Below, one piece after another: positions 36,693 to 49,850 of a DNA stretch of 64,000 bases. The stretch's first letter is position 1, and every line of letters begins with the position of its first letter. This stretch comes from Neoechinorhynchus agilis (Eukaryota > Animalia > Acanthocephala). The stretch covers positions 94,389 through 158,388 of the forward strand of contig CM121343.1 in the NCBI GenBank assembly GCA_051530055.1, read 5' to 3'. Position numbers and translations under genes: made by a program. The notes beneath the pieces are model-generated. The model was not told where the DNA came from, searched no databases, and was given only the letters and a program-made list of their open reading frames with translations.

Positions 36693-38853
36693 TTACGAGC
36701 GGTGGCGACAATGTTTGCATTGGCAAACGCACAGTTCCTGATAAATGTGTTGTACGTTTTTACAATCATTATTCTCGAAATCCGCGTCTGAATCGAGGAA
36801 TATTTCGTTCGTTACGTCCATGTTCATCGTTTTCGTGAGTGGGAGCGCAACTGGAGGAGCGAGGGATTGCGGTCGAAGGAAATGGCACGATGCACCAGAA
36901 TCTCCATTAACGAATGCAGGGGTCGACGCGCATCCAATGGAGTAGCTGGTCATGAGTACGTGAGGTTCATGGTGGTACCGAACATCGCAATCTACAAGGT
37001 TTCGACTGGAGGAATACGTCTTGAGCTTGTACCGAGTTTTCAATACGATTATGAATGTGATCAATAATAGAACACAGACAATAGCAAGTGGATAGACAGA
37101 CTTTTGAGCCATTTGACGAATATTCCCGAATCTTTCAACACGAACCTCGTCCAGGACTTTAGTACAATGCTTGTTTGATAATCGATGATCGGTCAACGTC
37201 AGGACGCATGCTCTACAGTTGCCATGAGTGACATTCATTATTTTGTACTCACGGTTGTTAGCTTCAACACGATATTGCATAGTTTGCTTCCCTGGAACCT
37301 GTATCCAGACAAAAAACTCCATTACCTTATCCGGATTTGCGATTTCCCAAGACACCGTGACAATTTCATTCTTATCTCGAGTAGCTTCCAACTTTATAAC
37401 ATGAGGAAATGAGCGATGCTCTTCTGAGCAATGATTTCTGATTAGTTGTGGGATCTTTTGCAGACGAGTTCCACGTAGGCTCCCGGGAGTACGGCATATT
37501 GAATCTTGTAATAAATGCAGCACCGCTAATGAATTGTTCAAAAATGCCAGTAGGTCACAAGCGCAGTGAATTGGGTTTTTATCAAGTAATATGTTTTTTT
37601 CGATTCGACCAGCCAAATTGCTCAAGCGGCGGATATTCAATTGACTTAGCAAGTTGTGACTCATGTTGACTATTCCAATCTGACATGTCTTTTCAATGTT
37701 CGGAAGTGATTCCAATCGATTATGACTTATATCGAACATTTTCACGGAAACCATATGAGCAAATGTGAGCTTCCGTATAGAATTGCTGCTTAAGTTAAAT
37801 AAATCAAGTGATTTCAGGTTCTTGAACGTTAACGGATCGACATTTCGCAGACCACCTAAGCCCTGGTTGTCAAGTCTTATTTCTGTGAGATTTGTGCAAC
37901 AATCTTTGAAAGGGCTCCCGTTGAGATGTGTAATGAGGTTTTGAGAAAGGTCAAGTTTCTCTAGCGACTGAAACGGAAGTAGGAGGCATGGGGATATTTG
38001 TTGGATGTAATTATCCCGTAAAAACAAAGTTTTAAGGGTTGAGTTCATTCCTGCGTTGCATTTTCCATTCGAAGAAATCTGTGGTAGAGCTCTAATATGA
38101 TTATGAGATAAGTCTAGCACTTCTAACCGAGGCCAAAGGTCTAGTTCGTTGACAGCAGTAACAGAATTATGAGATAGATTAAGCGTAATAAGTGATAAAC
38201 AGGCTTCATGGAATTTTTTGACATTTCATTCATAGTTCTCGACCCATGACGAAGATTAGGTAGAGAGCGGTGAACGTATTGTAGCTTAGATCGATGTGTT
38301 CAATATATTTGAACAATTTTAAAGTTCCTGCTTCAAATCCTTGTACTCCACAACGATTTATAATAAGCTGTCTAAGTTTAAACGATCGGCTAAGAAGTGG
38401 GTGGCTGTTGGACCAGAACGGAATTTTTCCACTTGTGATCGTTAAATATTTTAGCGCAGGCAGTATTGGAAGTGTGGGTGTTTCGACGTCAGGGTCGAAA
38501 TCGATTGCCAAATACTCAAGTGATTGATCAACACCACTGAATGCCTCGCTATCCAGTTGCTTGATTGGATTTCCATTTAAGTGTAAGCGTTTTAAAGACT
38601 GTATACCATTGAATCCGTGTGCGCGGGACGATGTAATAAAATTGTCACTTAGTACCAATTCGTCGCAGACTGATTGGAATTTAGAAAAATCGGGAATGGC
38701 AATCAAGTTTTGTTGTGCGCAATTTATATAATTTATATTATCCTCTCGAATACCAAAAGTGCAAAAATCCGTGAAGGCACCGTCGAATTGCGATCCGGTT
38801 GAGGAAACAGCGGTTAGTGCGATCAATACAACAGACGTGGTCACTGGATACAT
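36693..38853 (-). CDS. LRR-FN3 type I transmembrane protein (signal, LRRNT, ~14 LRRs, LRRCT, FN3, TM); two ORFs joined by a 40-nt intron (38204-38243)
   Basis: Signal MYPVTTSVVLIALTAVSS; repeated LxxLxLxxNxI; NPIHCACDL..C cap; FN3-like VTVSW..Y; TM YPLAIVCVLLLITFIIVL. The GT-AG intron restores the frame and a 24-aa LRR period. Confidence 0.88.
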
Positions 38854-40784
38854 TCATTCAATGTCTTGAAGGTTGAATATAAGTTGACACTGTTTAGATC
38901 TGGAGGCAGAAGCATTGAAGTTGCTGGCGCATGAAGTGACAGGTCTGAAGGAGAGATATTAGAGGTATAAATATATTGATAAATCGGTCAATGGTGGTGG
39001 TGGTAATAATGCTGCGATCAATGGTTCTTCTCTAAAAAGCACTGTAATTATATTTTCTAAAATAATAAGAGAAAATCAATTGGGCAAGAGCGACTCTATG
39101 GAGAGGAACAAATTTATGTTACAAGTCAACGGGTTGTTGATTTTGCAAATTATTTGCGGCTGGCTGATTGGTGGATTTTACAGTGTAAGATTAGTAAGGG
39201 TTGTTAGCGATGTGGTGTTTTGCTTTGTCGACTGTAATCTGATAATCTTCTACACATATTCCCCCCTCCGGTCTCAGAATTCATGCACGTGGTTCCAATC
39301 AATGTGCTAGTGCGAGACGGGAGAATACGGACTAGAGAAGACATTTCGATTCCAATGCATCGCAGACTGCTGCGCAAGTGTGGACAACAAATAATGCATA
39401 CAGAATGAAAGAAAAGATCGCGACAAATTCTAATTGCTCCAGCGATGTCTTTTAGACTATTGAATAAAAGGAGAGCGAGGGAAGTGTATCGGGTATAGAG
39501 CTCTGGTTATGCATTTTAATCCCGATTCCTTCCGCATGACAGACAAGTGCAAGATGATTAGCGCTGATTTCGCTGTCCCTTTCCCTATCTCGTGCCTCGA
39601 AATGATTACTGCTACACAAGCATCTACACAGCAGTAGCAACAACATTGGCATCCAACGGCACCGCCAAAAATATACATGTATTATTATGCACGGCTTATT
39701 TACTTTTGTCAAGCCAAATATACCGTGAAAATGATGTCCTTGAACAGAACTTGGCTCAGATATGCAACAAAGAAAACACAGCTAAGGACACTTCTTCGTT
39801 GGAATTAAAATCAGTTTTAGTGGCAATGGCATTTGAAAAGTTCATGGAGACGATCCAAAGAAGCAAAACAACAAGCGTTCCAGGAACGACAAAATGGATT
39901 TCTCTATAATTTGAAAAGTACTCTATAGAAATTATTTCCCATTGGTGTCAAGAAAATCTTAATATAAAAGGACGCCGATGTCAGTAATCACGAAATACAA
40001 GTTGACACCATACAAAAGCGGTTCTCGATCTGGACGTGGCGTTTATTGCTGCGACAGCCGGTGCACCGGGTGCTTATAAGGAGACCAGATTTGGTTTACA
40101 CACAAGGAGAGATAGCAAAGGTTTAGAGTAGAAGGTCCACTGTTGGAAACGGTCGATGTAAATATAGATACCATGGGTCAACAGTGAGACGACCACGAAT
40201 AGCAGGGTTGAAGAATCAAAGATTTGCACAAGATAATCTCCTGGTCACCTGTGGGCTCTGCACAAGGAATTGTTTGCACACGTTTTACTGCCACAACTAA
40301 CAATTGAATCTGACGGTGGCAAGATCGCGGCTTTTTTTCCTTATCGTTTCAAAATATTGTGCTGACCAATCAGAGTCAAGATGCTGCGCTGTTTGCGCGC
40401 TGGTTGGTCGATTTTTCAAAAGATTAAGGTCTCATTACTCCTCTAAATTTTTGGTAATATCAAATAGGTGTTATTCTTGGATATTCTAAGAGGCGAGTCG
40501 TCACGGTAATCGGTAATGCAATTATGGGCAAAGCGTACACATACTGCATGTGTAATCGATCGTCACAGGATTTATGTGTCCTAAACGACGGAATCCTTGT
40601 CTTTGGTGGCTATGATTTATATGGCGATCTCAAACACAACAAGAAAAGCATTCATGCACGATACACCTTATGTTTATTTATACAAATGAAAATTATCCAC
40701 GGAATCGCTTTTCACTCTTTGGAAGATTGATCGAATAGATTGAGTGTGAGAGATTCACTTTGCAGCAACATTTAGCTTACAAAA

Positions 40785-43700
40785 TCAATAAATCCATTTA
40801 GCCGAAACCCACTGGGGTCCGGTGTAGAATTTCTTTTCTAAAATCGCCCGTAGCTTCGCCACAGTCTCGTCGATATCAATATTGACAATTGTTATGTCGA
40901 AGAGATGCCCGTACATTCGCTGCAAAAGCTCGCTTTCCCGAACCAATCTCTCCAGGCAGTCGTCGTCCTAAATAGTCGGAGAAATTTAATAGCCTCTAAA
41001 GTGCTTCTACCCTACACTCGCTTCTCGAATGCATCGAATTTCAGCTAGCACAGGTGCCGCAATAAATACAATTATTGGCGCAAACTCAGCTGATCGGAGA
41101 ACTTTTAAGGCCTGAGGCTCAACGTCAAGTACGGCCATCTTACTGGGCACGCCATTAATTATTGACCGAATCGTATCTAGTTTGGTTCCGTACATTGCGT
41201 GTTCGTGTGTACCATACTCTAAGTATCCATTCTTTGCAATATCCGAGAGCATTTCATCCGCTGTCACAAACCAGTATTTTTTCCCGTTCTCCTCCGAACT
41301 CGGCATTAATCGAGTCGTATCTAAACATGCCATTTTCCAATCAAAATAACGAACGCCATCGTAAGCTCACGTGGAATCGGATACGCATATCTATCAGGTT
41401 GTGATGATATTAACGTATTCTTTATATGTCGCCTACCGACTCCATGAGCACCTAAGAAAAAGTTACATAAGAAGCTAATAGTAAACTAACCAAGCAAAAC
41501 AACGGTCTTCCAATCAAAGGTTTCAACCCGCATCACCTCTTCGTATGTAGGAATGTCTAATTGCTGAAAAATCGCATTATGTTTCGTCAAATATTTATCC
41601 TTGTATTTCCTCCTTTTCAAGAACATCCCACAGTTTCCTTGGAAAACAGAGACGACACACACTGAGAACTGAAATGGCTGCTTAACTTACCATCCTTTGA
41701 TTTTTGGTCCTGCGAACTTTTGTCAGAAGATTCGTTAGCACTCCGCCATTCCTGCAGCTCAGGACTAGGGATTAATCCACCAACTCCAACCACATCATCG
41801 GGATCCATGGGACTATCTGAATCTACGGTCAAATCCGCAGTAACTTTACTAGCTTGCCACCAATTATAATCATCTTTTGATAATACCTTTAAACAAAGAC
41901 TATCGACGCATTTGATGCATATTTTACTTACTCTAAGGACATCTCCAATTTTAAATGCGATTCCAACTCGTGGACACGGATTGTGTGGGTCACTCATTGG
42001 GTCGTAGTTGAACATGGCTTTAATGAACATCTATGAAATATTAATTATTTATAAGGCCAATTTGGGAATTGTTTACCTGACACGGTAAATTAATTTGAGT
42101 TCGATTAGTAGGTAGGATTTTGAACGAGATATTCCCTCTTGCGTGCTGAAGTCGCTCTTGGATTGTGTCTATTTTAGTTGCCATTAGCGGTATTCCATTT
42201 ATTTCTCTTATCTCATCTCCGACTTGAAGAATTCCTGTTCACTGCTTTAGCATAACTGTCAATATAGTGTGGAAGGCGCCTTACCTTGCCGGTGGATTAA
42301 ACCACCGTGAATTATTCTTGATATAATACATCTATCATCAGTCATTTTTACAGCAATGCCCTAACATACTCGCTTCATTTAACTGTCAATGACAAACACG
42401 TACTAGTACCAATGGTTCATCGGTCCTTCGTTGAAATAGAACAAGTCTCATTTCTTGACGATTGCTTCTTGGCGTGATTACGGCGTTAATATTGTCGTTA
42501 TTGTGGCCCCAAGGCGACTCATGAAGCTCAGGCTGCATATCTTCTTCTTCATCATCATCATCGGGAACATGTGAAACCAATAAATCATTGCTTGCTTGTT
42601 CACTCATTTGTCTGTGTCTAGTAGAACTTCCCAAATTCGCGATCGCACGTGCGATTTGCAGGACAGCCTAAAAAATATCGTTGTATCGCATTCTAATACA
42701 CTGCTGATGAACCTTCATATTTGATTGAATTTTGCGTATTTCCTGTACGAACAGTGGATCCATGTTTTGAAGAGGTAATGCTTGGAGACATGCCATAATG
42801 ATCTAAATGGAGAAACAATTATGACCTTGTTGAAGCGTTTAAAGTTCCAATTTTTATAAAAGACGAACCAATTTTTTACTTACCTACCTTATCGGCACAA
42901 AGGAGCTTTGTATCATCAATCGCACTAAAACTTTCCTTTGCGCAGAAAACGTCGAAGTAACACTGTAGAAAACGAATAACTTTTTCGAAACAATGACCCG
43001 ATTTTGAATACTGACATTCAAAACTTTGCGAAGTTGTGAATTTGAGATTAACTTTGTGTAGTGACGCCCCGAACAAATATAAGGATATTCGATGTACTGC
43101 AAATCGTCCAAACTGTCCGTTATGACTGATATAGCTAATATAATTTTTTGAAGGCGAATTTGGTTACTTTGACGAACCTTGATTTAACGACTCAATTTCA
43201 TCCGAATGAAGATTTGTCAAATCATCATGCATTTCCGTAGTTGACAATATAGCAGCCTATATTAAGAGTTAAAATGGATTTTGAAGGTAACACCTTGTCC
43301 TGCCTTAAGTTTACGTAAACGGTTAAATTTCACCAGTTTTTCGATTGCTTGCGGTAAATGCACTTTGGGTGCAAAGAGAATGCGTTGCTGAAAATAAAAA
43401 TAAAAAAAAGATAGACATGCATATAGCTAACCTTTATCCATGGATGATTTAAAGCATCACTCGGGAGCAAACGTTTTTCTGGATCGATCTCAAGCATACC
43501 CCGCAAAAGGTCTTTAGCTGCATCTGATATACTTACAAACAATTGAGAAGTTTCCTATTAAAACTCGTGAAACGCAAGAAGTATTTATTCATGGACTTGC
43601 CGGTAAAACCCTTTCGTTACTTATACGTTTAGCACTCCGACTTATTGGGAAATAGGGCAAACAACCCGACAGTAAGAGATGAAGAATAACTCCAAGTGAC

Positions 43701-44657
43701 CATGAATCTGCTGCAAATCCATAGTATCCCCTGGTTAATACTTCAGGAGCCATATAGAGTTTTGTACCGGCTTATTTTTCTTAGGGTAATAGAGCACTTC
43801 AAGCAACCAAAATACCTGATATATCATCGTTTATTGTTTGATCTTCAGAAATAATCGTAGCAGAACCAAAACCTCCTAGTTTCACAGGCACCGATCCATC
43901 AGCGTTGTCGCACAAGAGAACACAATGCGGCTTGAGATCTCGGTGAATGACATGTAGCTTATGACAATGTGCTAATGCTTCAAGTAGCTGTCGGAAGTAA
44001 TGGCTGCAATTATTTAATTAAAAGAATGTTTTAGACTTCAATGTATATAGGAACCTAGTAACTGCCTCACTGTAGATGAATCCAGATTTGACCCTTGCCA
44101 CAATTTCAGAGCATACATCCGTACCCTGTATTCTTATTTTTGGAAAGGAAATTTACGATATTATGTCCATTTTCCAAGAAAACTCACAATTCGAAAACCA
44201 TATAAAGTACTTCTTCATCTTCAAAAGTCTCTATCAACTGAACAATATGAGGATGCTTGAGTATACTGCATATCCGTGTCTCAACCCGAATCGCTTTATG
44301 ATGACATTGCTTTTGGTCAAAAAGGAAAAAACTTAAATGGATTTACCCTGTAAAAGTTCCGAGTGGATCGGATTCCGCTTCAATTGTCCCACTTGAACAA
44401 TTTTAACTGCATACGACGTCCCTGAAGTTACATTGACACATCGTCTTACAGTACTGAAAGGTCCTCTAAAAAGGCCATCAACAATAGAATCGGTATTTAA
44501 GTTTCATAGAAAGGCACCACCTTCCGAGTAGCTCAAGAAGCTGATATTGATTTCTAAACTCGTGTGAGGGTTTCGCTCGACATTGCGAAAGTAATGCCTT
44601 AGTACATCCAATGTCCACCGTCCTCACATGCAAGTTTCCTTCGCTAACTGTTGGCAT
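40785..44657 (-). CDS. CASK: Peripheral plasma membrane protein CASK / LIN-2 (CaMK-like, L27, PDZ, SH3, GUK); start approximate
   Basis: [27 protein letters not shown] (GFG for DFG), SH3 [42 protein letters not shown]-terminus [10 protein letters not shown]. Confidence 0.94.
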
Positions 44658-44849
44658 TGTATCTAAAATCGGGAATGATCCCAACTTTATATCTGGATGA
44701 GCAGATTCATTCACATTCAAAATGGAATGAACTCTATTCTAGCATTTCCTGCACACTACCAGCGGCGATAAATGGAGAAAAAAGACTCGTAAGTTCAACG
44801 TGGTTTTAGGAAGTATAGTAAGTTTAAATTGACTTGGTTTCGCTTTCAA

Positions 44850-45970
44850 TTAGAACTCATGGTAACCTCCGAAAATTGAGTTTTGAGCCCAAGACCACGC
44901 TGAATGGAACCTTGCACACTAAAACATCCAAATTTCAGCGGCATGATTTCTGACGCTGTCTTGTTAATGTAAATCTTGTCTTCATAGTACTGAGAGTAGA
45001 ACTAGACAACTAAACCGATGCTGCTGCCAGTGTATGCATCTACCACCACATCCACTATCAGGGCGTGCATGTGAAGAGAGAAGCGTGTGATGGCACAATT
45101 TCGTCTGCCACCAAATAAGTCTTTACTGCTAAAGGAACAAGAAGTATCTTATCCAAGAGGCTGTTGACCGTTTATCTTTCTTTAGATTTTCGTTTAAAAC
45201 GAAGTATATAACCAAGTCTACGCTAATCTCTTCGATTTCCGCCCCTACTTTGTAACTATGATAGAAATGTGTTAGCACGTAATGAATTTATCAATATCGA
45301 TGATATCGTAATGTCTTTAATTGCCACAAGCCAACCTAATGTAACGCAACCAAGCGGCTAGTCTGCCTATCTTTATTAGAAATGCTTCAGTAGTCGCCTA
45401 ACCTAGTTTATTAACGCCATACATTTTAGGTTTAAAGAAGTTGCTCATGGATATATTTTATTTGGTGATTAACAAAAAATAGAAATTTCATATCATTGTC
45501 CTCGGGGTTAATTTGATTGTATGTTGGCGAATCCTTGTCTTCGGTGTTGTCGATAACACCAGGGACAGGATTCGTCAATGTACAATAGAAATTGTTATTC
45601 CCTTTCAAAAGTCACCTGAAAGATTTTTTAAATCCGGTGAAAGGGATTCTTAACAAACAAAATATACATTTTTAGTCCGTGGGGATGACCACAATGTATT
45701 TATGAATTAATATTCCCCTCAGCGCACGACTCCTTTCCCCAATGGCAGCGACTTACTGCTACTATTTCTTGATCTTCTCGCTCTGTGATAAGTGCCCGAC
45801 TCTCTTTTGACTGGAGTACTCAGACTCCATAAAAATGCGTTTATAACTACAACAACCAGTAATATTAAATCAGACCTTGATTCAGGCGTATATTTAGAAT
45901 GGGGCATTTTCTGATTCGGTGTCTCCATATCGTATAGCCCAAATCGTGAATTAATGGGAACTATACACAT
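44850..45970 (-). pseudogene. Possible decayed PAP2/lipid-phosphate-phosphatase (PLPP4/5-like) pseudogene
   Basis: Collinear but broken motif echoes: hydrophobic LILLVVVVINAFLWSLSTPVKR, NPFHRI*, TTEAFLIKIGRL, TFLS..HS, SWIRYFLFL, ITR....H..VDVVV..GSSIGLVV*FYSQYY. Confidence 0.3.
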
Positions 45971-47711
45971 TTGGATGGCAATCCAATTTTCGACCCGGAA
46001 ATGTGATATACATCTTAACGTGACCTATTTCGGTAAATGTCTTATCCCAGTTTTTGTCCCTGTGATAAAAATACCATCATTTTCGTGCTGCTTTACCCAT
46101 CCAGATATATAGAACACTCGTATCACTCACTTGATGGTCTTTTTTATTTGGTGATTAGAAATAGAGATTTATTTATTGATTCCCTTTCACACAATATGTC
46201 GTCCGTCTCGTCGGACGTCTTCAGGTTGTACGTTGAAGTAACAAACTTGCGAAACAAAAAGTCAATATTGTGTAAAAGGGAATCAATAAATTAATCTCTA
46301 TTTCTCATCGCCAAGATCCTTATTCAGCGGAGATATACTTATCTGTTAAGCTTATTGAAAGTCTTTAAATTTATACTGCCTTTTCATATTTTAACAAATA
46401 ACCGCCATAACCTAAAATCCGCAATTTTAATCAGTGAATGTTCGCTTCCAGATTATCATTTCCCGAGGGAAATTTATTCGTTTCATTAGAAAATCCATCG
46501 TATCCAGACAGTTCAATTATGCTGCTTCGTGAATTTCGAATGGGATGGAATTCTTATTAAATCTATCTAAAACGCATTAGTTTAAACGCATTAAGGATTT
46601 AGCTTCTTGAAACGGAAGCGAGTATCAAACTCCTTTCTGGTATGTTTCATCAGCGTCGCACCAACTGAGGTTTCAGTGGTATTGCCACTTAAGATTAATT
46701 TTAAATCGGTTCAGGAATTTGAGTTCCGCCCACTTATTCGCGAAATAGTTTTATATTTAGTAGTTTGCATATTTCAGAAAAATTATTCGACAAACAATTG
46801 AAAAATTGAGCCATATATTTTGCAGCTTGTGAGTATCGAAGGGATGATTCGAGCGGAAAAGGTGACAGGAAACGTTCGTTCCCTTGGGTATTCATTTCGG
46901 TGTATTTTCGAAACGTAATTTCTGATGCAACGATATCGATAATTTCGATTGCATATCAACTTGCGATCAGCGCCCGCGGAATAGCACACACACAAAATGC
47001 TCTAGTGGCGTTTTTTTAGGAATTTCGGAATGTCTCTCAAATAGCGTAATATGGATGGCTAGATGGATGAATCGAACCTAATGTGTCATCTTGTCTTACC
47101 AAATAATGATCGAACTAGGGACTTGACTCTTAAATTAATTTGGTTTCTTTGTAGGTTTTCGTTTTTACTAATAAGAAGTATAGATGCATTTTCTTTTTAA
47201 GATTACTCTTCAATATTGTTTATAATACAATAAGTCCTTCGATTTTGTCATCCGATGAAAAGGCTGATTAAAATTTCAATTTTAAAACAAATCAAAGATC
47301 AGATTTCTTACTTGAATATAAACATTTCTTTACTTTTAGCAGCTTTGATAATCAATTTATTGCTGATATTTTTGCAATGGAGTGCAAAGCATTACTACGA
47401 TAAATTTTTTATTGGTTGTCGCCGACACATTTTAAATTCGACCCAGGAAAATAAACCTTTTATTGGATCATCTATATACTGGATCCTTTAAAAAATAAAG
47501 TATTATTATCACAATTTGTAATTTATATGCTATCTTTTCAAATGCGTTTTCTTAGTAGGGTTATTTAAAGCAATAACTTTTCGATTTCAGTACGATAAAA
47601 GGACAATGTTATTCATTTGGAGTCGCTGCGTTGTCAATGAGTTTGTATCTGACCTTTAATGTATTTGTACCTTAAAATCATCGATAAAAAATCCTTCGGA
47701 ATAATCAAATT

Positions 47712-47797
47712 AGAATTATGGTGAGCATACTCACGGGCATGACATATTTTATTAACTTGAAATATATCATGTCCGTGAGTATGCTCACCACCATTCT
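47712..47797. repeat. Short hairpin with an 18-bp perfect stem
   Basis: tggtgagcatactcacgg (47719-47736) pairs with ccgtgagtatgctcacca (47773-47790), extended by catg/atat. Confidence 0.8.
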
Positions 47798-49143
47798 GAT
47801 GCCTTAAAATTCGCAGATAAGGATGAAATCAAAAGACCATTAATTATAAAATTGGTATTCAAACGATGAATTTTTCATAATGCTTTTACGCATTTGATGG
47901 CCCGAATCACTAAGAAAATAATTGTCCTCTGAACTTGAAATACATGTTTAAAATTAAAGCGCAACTTCTGCAATTCATCGATGCTCAATCATTACTTTTT
48001 AACCACAATTTATATGAAATATTCAATTTAGACAGTTTGGTTTCCAAAGGTCGAGTGTTGCTGGGGCTACCTTTAAGTTAATGACATTTCTTGAAGTTCT
48101 TGCCCTTTGAATTGGCGTCGCTCGACTTTTCTAGGATTCCAGTTTCAGTCTAAAGATCACCGCTAGATTGTGTAGCAAATAGATATTTGAAAATTGTAAG
48201 GTGTTGTTCGTCTTTTCATGATATTTTCATCAGTGACATGCCTTGGTGTATATTTAAGGTATTTGCAATAGATTTTACTATGTTTGCTGATTTTTATTTT
48301 GTTAAAAATGATTCGAAGCTGCTACTAACTTTACGACTGTTTAAGCAAATTTCACCAAGTAACCCAAGATGTGGCATAATTTGTGGTTTTAATTATAATT
48401 TATCTTGGCTAAATATTGACCTCAGTAAATCTAGCAATTTTACTTACTTAAATATTATCGCTTGAATCTTATGCTTGTAACGGATAAATCGTCTTGTTCA
48501 CAAGCCTATCGCTAATTTGTGTTCTCAAAGAACTGTCTTATTTTTCTAAAATCATAAAACGCTGAACAAAAACAAATCATAGTCTTTAAACGAGATAATA
48601 AATTGTAAGATAAAAATTACTCGCTGAGCAGTGAACATCGGAAGCGACCGAGAAGAGCACGAATATCGCTTTGTAGCAATTTGCGACGCTATATTTTAAT
48701 CTACTTGGTCCATTCGCATTTCTATATGGGTTGTTTGGAAATTCTGAGCAACCATTTTTTAAACCTTTGTTTCCGTTTTATCGCAGATCGTCAATGCTCA
48801 AGATTCACCATGTCATTTTGTCTGAACGTCAATATGATAGATGAGATGCAAAATTTTTGTGTAGTTTTCAGACTACTTTCATAAAAGTACACAGATCCTA
48901 GATGGATTTGTTCGAATGTTTCGGTCTATTCAAAAAGTGTTCGAATAAAATTGTTGAAAACACCAAGTCTTAAAGTTGTTCTTTTCCTCACATAAAAGAT
49001 ACTCTTACCGCTTAACGTCTTCTAATGAATAATTTCGAATATGCATCTTAGAATGATATTATGGAAAGCCTCTATTCCCAACACTGTCATGTTTTATTCC
49101 AGATTTATTATCGAACGGAAAATGGGTGTTTTATTTATTTCTT

Positions 49144-49182
49144 ACTTCAAATTTTCGACGCCTTGCGTCTTCGTCAGGAAGC
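49144..49182 (-). ncRNA. Minimal type I hammerhead ribozyme (left arm)
   Basis: GCUUC-CUGACGA-A-GACGC(aag)GCGUC-GAAA-AUUU-GAAGU: 5-bp stems I and II. Confidence 0.8.
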
Positions 49183-49329
49183 TTTTCTTCGGTTATCTGA
49201 AAAGGAATCAGAGGAGGGTTACGAGCAGCAAGGACGGACACAACGAGGCAGAGGGGATGCTCAATAAGAGGGATGAGCTGACGGACAGCGTTGCCCTCCG
49301 CTGATTCCTTTTCAGATAACCGAAGAAAA

Positions 49330-49368
49330 GCTTCCTGACGAAGACGCAAGACGTCGAAAATTTGAAGC
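49330..49368 (+). ncRNA. Minimal type I hammerhead ribozyme (right arm)
   Basis: GCUUC-CUGACGA-A-GACG(caaga)CGUC-GAAA-AUUU-GAAGC: perfect 5-bp stem I. Confidence 0.8.
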
Positions 49369-49850
49369 AATAAACAAATAAAACACCCATTTTCCGTTCG
49401 ATAATAAATCTGGAACATCTTAGAGTGCGTTTGCGATGGTCTACTTGCTTTTATAATTAAAAAATTGATACCATTTTCAATAGGTGATTGCAGCTTCATT
49501 TTTGAAACGAGATGAAACTATCTCGTTCCATGACATAAAGCTTATAGATCGAACCCAATAAGATTCGGGCAGGTTTATATGGTGGATTCGCGAATACCGT
49601 AGGACTTCGTACGAATGCTCAACTTGGTATAGGAATTTCTACGCTGTTGATTTCAGGACTGAAGCTTAACATAAAACATATTTTTAGTATTATACGAAGG
49701 TCACATTCATTACACGATCCGTTGACTTCCATTGTGCTGCTTTCGGCATTAACGTACACTCAATCGTCTGTCCAGTTTTGAAGTATGCATGCTTACAATA
49801 TATTTAATGCAAATCAATGATGAAACAACAACAATCCTCGGTTTGTTCGG

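Larger units (their letters stand above)
49097..49415. mobile_element. Fold-back element, ~120-bp arms, each carrying a hammerhead motif
   Basis: ttccagatttattatcgaacgg...aatcagaggagg mirrored at 49293-49415. Confidence 0.85.

Noticed and set aside
40524-40730. FGGYDLYGDL resembling a PIF1/Helitron helicase motif
   Set aside because: Weak match with no neighbouring helicase motifs.
49061-49499. Mirror-image ORFs in the 49-kb fold-back
   Set aside because: A consequence of the inverted repeat; no protein family recognised.
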